Source: Woeseia sp.
GTDB taxonomy: Bacteria > Pseudomonadota > Gammaproteobacteria > Steroidobacterales > Woeseiaceae
Assembly (NCBI GenBank): GCA_041624755.1
Contig: JBFJUJ010000001.1
Span: 1-37,672 of the forward strand
DNA length: 37,672 nucleotides
Reading direction: 5' to 3'
Positions 32,956 through 37,672 of this stretch are shown in pieces (the first letter of the stretch is position 1; each line of letters starts with the position of its first letter). The translations under genes and the position numbers were made by a program. Below the pieces are notes generated by a model. That model worked only from the letters and a program-made list of their open reading frames with translations. It did no database searches and was not told the DNA's origin.

Positions 32956-33546
32956 TCAGGTAAAGGAAACTTCCGGCACGGCGCGCTTCTCTTCGGACTC
33001 GATCTCGAGGAAACTCGCGGGATCGAAGCGGAACATACCGGCGATGACGTTGTCCGGAAAACTCTCGACGGCGTTGTTGTAGCTCAGCACGCTGTCGTTG
33101 AACGCCTGCCGGGAGAAGGCGACCTTGTTCTCGGTGCTCGACAGCTCTTCCTGGAACTGGATCATGTTTTGATTCGCCTTCAGATCGGGATAAGCTTCCG
33201 CCAGCGCGAACAGCCGGCTGAGCGCGGCGCCGAGAGCGCCCTCCGATGCGCCGAGTTCCTTGATGGCCGCTGCGTTCGCGGGGTCGGCCTTGGCGTTCTC
33301 GAGGCTGGAAACGGCCGAATTGCGGGCCCGGACGACGTTTTCGAGAGTCTCGCGCTCGTGCTTCATGTAGCCTTTGACGGCCTCGACCAGGTTCGGGATC
33401 AGGTCATGGCGGCGCGTCAGCTGGACGTCGATCTGGGCAAAGGCGTTCCTGACGCGGTTACGCAGCCTGACGAGTTTGTTGTAGATGCCGATCGCGTAGA
33501 TCAAGAGCGCCGCGATCAGCGCAAGGAATATCAGGAATGCAGTCAC
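32956..33546 (-). CDS. lemA: LemA family protein
   Basis: N-terminal TM, YNKLV, IDVQLTRRHDLIPNLV and EAYPDLKAN. Confidence 0.93.
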   Translation of the reverse strand: MTAFLIFLALIAALLIYAIGIYNKLVRLRNRVRNAFAQIDVQLTRRHDLIPNLVEAVKGYMKHERETLENVVRARNSAVSSLENAKADPANAAAIKELGASEGALGAALSRLFALAEAYPDLKANQNMIQFQEELSSTENKVAFSRQAFNDSVLSYNNAVESFPDNVIAGMFRFDPASFLEIESEEKRAVPEVSFT

Positions 33547-33587
33547 AGTCGGGCCCCTGTTGCCACGTCGACCGCGACAAGCATAGC

Positions 33588-34568
33588 GTGCGCCTGCGGC
33601 AATCGCTAGCCGTTGTTTTCGCGGCGATTTCGCTGCTTTCCGGCGCGGTGCGGGCGGACTGGCACGGGGACACGCGTTCCCTGATGGGCACCGAGGTGCG
33701 CGTCTACCTGTGGCATGACGTTGACGCGGCGGGGGCCGCCGCCATCGATGCGGCGTTCGACGAGATCGCCCGCATCGAGGCGCTGATGAGCACCTATATC
33801 GAGGAAAGCCGTATTTCCGAGATCAACCGGGACGCGGCGAGCCGGCCGGTCGCCGCCGGACCGGAACTCTACGACCTCGTCGTACGCTCGCTCGATATCT
33901 CGGTGCTGACGCGCGGCGCATTTGACATCACGTACGACAGCGTCGGGCAGCACTACGATTTCCGTGCGGGCCGGCGCCCGGACGATTCGACGATCGCGGA
34001 CGAGCTGCCGCGTATCGACTACCGGCTGGTCGAGACCGATGCCCGCGATCACAGCATCCGCTTCCTGCAGCCGGGCGTGCGCATCAACCTCGGGGGCATC
34101 GCGAAAGGCTACGCGGTAGAGCGCGGCATCGAGATGCTGCGCCGCCGCGGGGTGCGGCACGGCATCGTCACGGCGGGAGGCGACTCGCGGCTGCTCGGTG
34201 ACCGCCGCGGGCAGCCGTGGGTCGTCGGCATCCGCGACCCGCGCGACGAGAAGGGCGTGAGCCTGCGGATTCCGCTGGAGAACGAGGCCATCTCCACCTC
34301 GGGCGACTACGAGCGCTACTTCGTCGAGGACGGTACGCGGTATCACCACATCATCGTGCCGTTCACGGGCCGGCCGGCCGGAGAGCTCATGAGCGCGACG
34401 GTCGTCGGCCCGGACGCGGTGCTGACCGACGCCCTGTCCACGTCGGTGTTCGTCATGGGCGTCGACAAGGGCCTCACGCTGATCGGCACGCTGCCCGACT
34501 ACGAGGGCATCGCGATCGACGTCGAGGGCCGGGTGTACTACTCCGACGGGCTGGCGCCGCCGGAGTGA
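33588..34568 (+). CDS. apbE: FAD:protein FMN transferase
   Basis: MGT, GAFDIT, NLGGIAKGY, GGD, STSGDYERY, HHII and DALST. GTG 33588 gives a signal peptide. Confidence 0.9.
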   Translation: MRLRQSLAVVFAAISLLSGAVRADWHGDTRSLMGTEVRVYLWHDVDAAGAAAIDAAFDEIARIEALMSTYIEESRISEINRDAASRPVAAGPELYDLVVRSLDISVLTRGAFDITYDSVGQHYDFRAGRRPDDSTIADELPRIDYRLVETDARDHSIRFLQPGVRINLGGIAKGYAVERGIEMLRRRGVRHGIVTAGGDSRLLGDRRGQPWVVGIRDPRDEKGVSLRIPLENEAISTSGDYERYFVEDGTRYHHIIVPFTGRPAGELMSATVVGPDAVLTDALSTSVFVMGVDKGLTLIGTLPDYEGIAIDVEGRVYYSDGLAPPE

Positions 34569-34753
34569 CGCCGCCCCGGGCAGGCGGCCATCGTCCGCCT
34601 GTCGCCATCGGGCGTCACGGCCTGTCGCCGATCGGCGACGCCTTTCCCTTTCCATTCAGGCTGATACGCTAGCCCGGCGACGACGCGTAGCGACCCGCCG
34701 TGCGCCGTGGAAGGGCCCCGGAACGGCCCGGGCAGGGCGCCCGAGGGGGCATT

Positions 34754-34769
34754 TGTGACGATCATCACG
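34754..34769. promoter_or_regulatory. CRP-family binding site
   Basis: TGTGA-cgatca-TCACG, a 9/10 match to TGTGA-N6-TCACA, preceded by ATT, upstream of the tlpA-like operon. Confidence 0.55.
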
Positions 34770-34927
34770 GCCCCGCGGGGGCCGCCCCTGTCACCATGCG
34801 AGCGGTAATCCGAAGGTAACGCCCGCCGCATCACGGCCGCGAACTCAGGCACGCAGTTCGGGGCCCCGGCGCAACGCCGCGCGTGCGTCCTCGGGAACGC
34901 CGTCTGCAAACACAAGGAGTGGATCGG

Positions 34928-35428
34928 ATGAAGGCACTGAAATCGCTGTTTCTCGGAACCCTGCTGAGCGCCATCGGCGTCGCGGCCAGCGCGTCGTCTT
35001 CGCTGACGGGGCAGACCGCTCCGGATTTCGCCCTGAGGAGCAGCGAGGGATCGAACCTGCGCCTGAGCGAGTACCGCGGCGAAGTCGTCATGATCAATTT
35101 CTGGGCGACCTGGTGCGGGCCCTGCCGCCAGGAGATGCCGCTGCTCGACGACCTGTACACGCGCTACGAGCGCGTCGGCTTCAAGCTGCTCGGCGTCAAC
35201 ATCGACGACGATTCGCGGCGGGCCATGCGCATGGTCGAGGAACTCGGCGTGAGTTTCCCGGTGCTGTTCGACGAATCCAAGGACGTCAGCCGGCTGTACC
35301 AGGTCGAGGCGATGCCGGTGACCGTGCTCGTCGATCGCAGCGGCACGGTGCGCCACGTGCATCACGGCTACAAGCCGGGATACGAGGAAAAATATCTCAC
35401 CGAGATCCGCAGTTTGCTGCGCGAATAG
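34928..35428 (+). CDS. TlpA-like thiol-disulfide oxidoreductase
   Basis: AAGGAG SD, signal peptide, APDF, NFWATWCGPC and MP.TVLVDR. Confidence 0.92.
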   Translation: MKALKSLFLGTLLSAIGVAASASSSLTGQTAPDFALRSSEGSNLRLSEYRGEVVMINFWATWCGPCRQEMPLLDDLYTRYERVGFKLLGVNIDDDSRRAMRMVEELGVSFPVLFDESKDVSRLYQVEAMPVTVLVDRSGTVRHVHHGYKPGYEEKYLTEIRSLLRE

Positions 35429-35461
35429 CGGCCGCGGTACGGGACGACACAGGAGAGACCC

Positions 35462-36055
35462 TTGACCAATCTCAAGTACGCCGCGCTGCTTGCAGGCGCA
35501 CTCGTCCTGGCCCTGCCCGGGCAGCTACCCGCGCAGGACGGGGAAGCCGGGGTGGAGCCGGGCATCGATGCTGGCGTCGATGCCGTGCCCGCCGCCGCCG
35601 GCAACGAGTTTCGCAGCATCGACGAGGACGTGCAGTCGTTGAAGGCGGAGGTCCTGGAGCTCAACCGCGACCTGTTCCTGCTCGAGGAAGAGCTGCTGTT
35701 CCCGGCCAATTCGCAGGTGGCGTTCTTCCTGTCGGTCGACGTCGGTACCTACTTCGCACTCGACTCGGTCAGCCTGAAGATCGACGGCAAGGAAGTCGCC
35801 AACTATCTCTATACCGATCGCGAGGCCGACGCGCTGATGCGCGGCGGCGTGCAGCGCCTGCACATGGAAAATCTGAAGGTAGGCGACCACGAGCTGGTCG
35901 CCGTGTTCACCGGCTTCGGGCCACACGAGCGCGAGTACCGGCGCGGCGCCACCGTCAACCTGAGCAAGGGGCTCGGCGCGAAATACGTCGAGCTCGCGAT
36001 TACGGATCGGGCGGCCAAGCAGCAACCGGAATTCGACGTCAGAGAATGGGAGTAG
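35462..36055 (+). CDS. Exported hypothetical protein (coiled coil + beta-sandwich)
   Basis: AGGAGA SD and TTG start, signal peptide, VQSLKAEVLELNRDLFLLEEELLFP and a beta-rich C-terminal half. No HTH. Confidence 0.8.
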   Translation: MTNLKYAALLAGALVLALPGQLPAQDGEAGVEPGIDAGVDAVPAAAGNEFRSIDEDVQSLKAEVLELNRDLFLLEEELLFPANSQVAFFLSVDVGTYFALDSVSLKIDGKEVANYLYTDREADALMRGGVQRLHMENLKVGDHELVAVFTGFGPHEREYRRGATVNLSKGLGAKYVELAITDRAAKQQPEFDVREWE

Positions 36056-36058
36056 GCC

Positions 36059-37672
36059 TTGACTCTCCCGCGAGCCTCGTCCGTCCTGCTGTGGGCCCTG
36101 TTGCTGACCGCTGCGGGAAACGCATCCGCGGATAAGCCGAAGACCACGACCGTCGTCGAGGACCCGCATTACGGCGAGGTGCTGTTCCACTTCTACCAGG
36201 AAGATTACTTCCCGGCGATCGTCCGCCTGCTCGCTGCGAAAAGCCGCTCGCGGCTGCCGCATCACGACGCCGAGGCCGAGCTCCTGCTCGGCGGACTGTA
36301 CCTGTCCTACGGCCACCACCTGCGCGCCGCGGAGATCTTCGAACGGCTGCTGGCCGACAGCGTCGACCCGTCCGTGCGGGATCGTACCTGGTTTTTCCTC
36401 GCGCGCATCTGGCAGCAGCGCGGCTACCTGGACGAGTCCTTCGCCGCGCTCGCCAACATCGAGGACGAACTGCCCGGTTCGATGGAGGCCGAGCGCCACC
36501 TGCTCCGCGCGCAGCTCCTGATCGACCGCGGCGACCACGGCCGTGCCATCGAGCTGCTGCAGGGCTTTCGCGATCGTACCGAGTGGGCCAGCTATGCGCG
36601 CTTCAACCTCGGCGTCGCGCTGGTCAAGGACGGCCAGACCGATGCCGCCTCCAGGATCCTGGATGAACTCGGCCAGCTCGATCCCTGGACCGATGAACTC
36701 AGCGCCCTGCGCGACAAGGCCAACCTGGCGCTCGGCTATGCCTACCTGCAGGCCGGCGAAGCGCGCGCCGCGAAGCGGCCGCTGCAGCGGGTGCGGCTGA
36801 ACGGGCCGTTCTCGAACAAGGCGCTGCTCGGCGTCGGCTGGGCGGACGCCCAGCGCGACGACTACGGGCGCGCGCTGGTGCCGTGGATGGAGCTGCGCTA
36901 CCGCAGCCTGCTCGATCCCGCCGTGCAGGAATCGATGCTCGCCGTGCCCTACGCGATGGCAAAGCTCGACTCGATCAGCCAGGCGGCCGATCACTACCTA
37001 GACGCGGTCGAGGCCTTCGAGGAGGAGAACCGCCGCATCGATGCGACCATCGAGGCGCTGGACTCCGGGCGCCTGCTGAGCGGTTTCCTGGCCGACAACG
37101 CGAACGCGACGACCGGCTGGCACTGGCGCCTCGAGGAATTGCCGCCAGGCGCCGAATCGCGCTACCTGTATCACCTGCTGGCCAGCCACGAATTCCAGGA
37201 AGGCCTCAAGAATTTCCGCGACCTGGACTACCTCGCGCGCAATCTCGAGCGCTGGCGGGGCAGCCTCGCCGTCTTCCGCAACATGCTCGACACGCGGGTG
37301 CGCGCCTACGAGGAGCGCCTGCCGCGCGTTACGGCGAGTCTCGGCCGTGCCGACCTCGAGCAGAAGGTGGATCGGAAACTCGCGTTCGATTCCCGCCTCG
37401 ACAGCATCGAGCGGAACCGCGACTCTCTGGCGCTGGCGAACGAGCGCGAATTCGCCCTGTGGGGCGAGATCGCCGCGCTGGAGCAGGTTCCGGCGCTGCA
37501 GGCGCAGATTCCCGAGGCCGAAGACCTGCGCCGCAAGGTGCGCCTGCTGAAGAGTGTGCTGCAGTGGGAGCTCGACAGGGAATTCAAGGAGCGCCTGTGG
37601 CGACTGCGCCGCGACGTGCGGCAGACCGGCGAGGCGCTGGTCAAGACGCAGCGGTCGCGACGCCGCGTCGAC
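36059..37672 (+). CDS. Exported TPR protein, 3'-truncated
   Basis: Missing from the ORF track because it has no stop before the window end. TTG 36059 gives MTLPRASSVLLWALLLTAAGNASA/DK...DPHYGEVLFHFYQEDY, with TPR-like helices (YARFNLGVAL; KANLALGY; ALLGVGWA) and a coiled C-terminal part. Confidence 0.85.
   Translation, partial: MTLPRASSVLLWALLLTAAGNASADKPKTTTVVEDPHYGEVLFHFYQEDYFPAIVRLLAAKSRSRLPHHDAEAELLLGGLYLSYGHHLRAAEIFERLLADSVDPSVRDRTWFFLARIWQQRGYLDESFAALANIEDELPGSMEAERHLLRAQLLIDRGDHGRAIELLQGFRDRTEWASYARFNLGVALVKDGQTDAASRILDELGQLDPWTDELSALRDKANLALGYAYLQAGEARAAKRPLQRVRLNGPFSNKALLGVGWADAQRDDYGRALVPWMELRYRSLLDPAVQESMLAVPYAMAKLDSISQAADHYLDAVEAFEEENRRIDATIEALDSGRLLSGFLADNANATTGWHWRLEELPPGAESRYLYHLLASHEFQEGLKNFRDLDYLARNLERWRGSLAVFRNMLDTRVRAYEERLPRVTASLGRADLEQKVDRKLAFDSRLDSIERNRDSLALANEREFALWGEIAALEQVPALQAQIPEAEDLRRKVRLLKSVLQWELDREFKERLWRLRRDVRQTGEALVKTQRSRRRVD

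Noticed and set aside
34800-34885. c-di-GMP-I riboswitch-like sequence (GGTAATCCGAAGGTAACGC)
   Set aside because: It lacks the GGCAAAC..GAAA..GACGCAAA core and a convincing P3 stem. An Rfam scan would settle it.
35462-36055. Transcriptional regulator call sometimes given to similar proteins
   Set aside because: It has a signal peptide and no helix-turn-helix.
1-37672. CRISPR arrays, tRNA/rRNA genes, prophage or integrase
   Set aside because: No regularly spaced repeats, cloverleaf or rRNA signatures, or phage/integrase motifs were recognised. Intergenic gaps are short and otherwise explained.

Overview
High-GC (about 70% by eye) bacterial chromosomal window, densely coding, with about 32 CDS. 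Gene content suggests a Gammaproteobacterium (Woeseiaceae/Steroidobacterales-like is an inference). No rRNA, tRNA, CRISPR array or transposase was seen. Positions 2-8911 hold a co-oriented cluster that looks like an uncharacterised ion-driven envelope machine: a TM-TPR-PEGA protein (5'-truncated), an FHA-like-TM-PEGA-FGE/SUMF1 protein, a small acidic exported peptide, a MotA/TolQ/ExbB channel, a degenerate Hsp70/actin-fold protein fused to FHA, and two paralogous proteins with an ExbD/MotB-like Asp-containing TM helix, a coiled coil and a VWA (MIDAS) domain. A 245-bp MITE with a TA duplication sits exactly at the reconstructed TAATG stop/start junction of the two VWA genes. The middle holds a PdsO-like OmpA protein, phhB, a Ser/Thr dehydratase, ParA, DMT, GFA, GGDEF, divergently arranged ilvB/ilvN, glpD, a PlpD-like patatin, a RIO/Kdo-like kinase head-to-head with a membrane-anchored STAND (AAA_35)-P-domain-WD40 protein, an MFS-acyltransferase, lipoproteins, SYLF, M48/LemA and ApbE. 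The right end starts a TlpA/exported protein/TPR operon behind a CRP-like box, resembling the Agl-Glt-like clusters of Gammaproteobacteria. All family calls come from motif recognition by eye; no searches were run.
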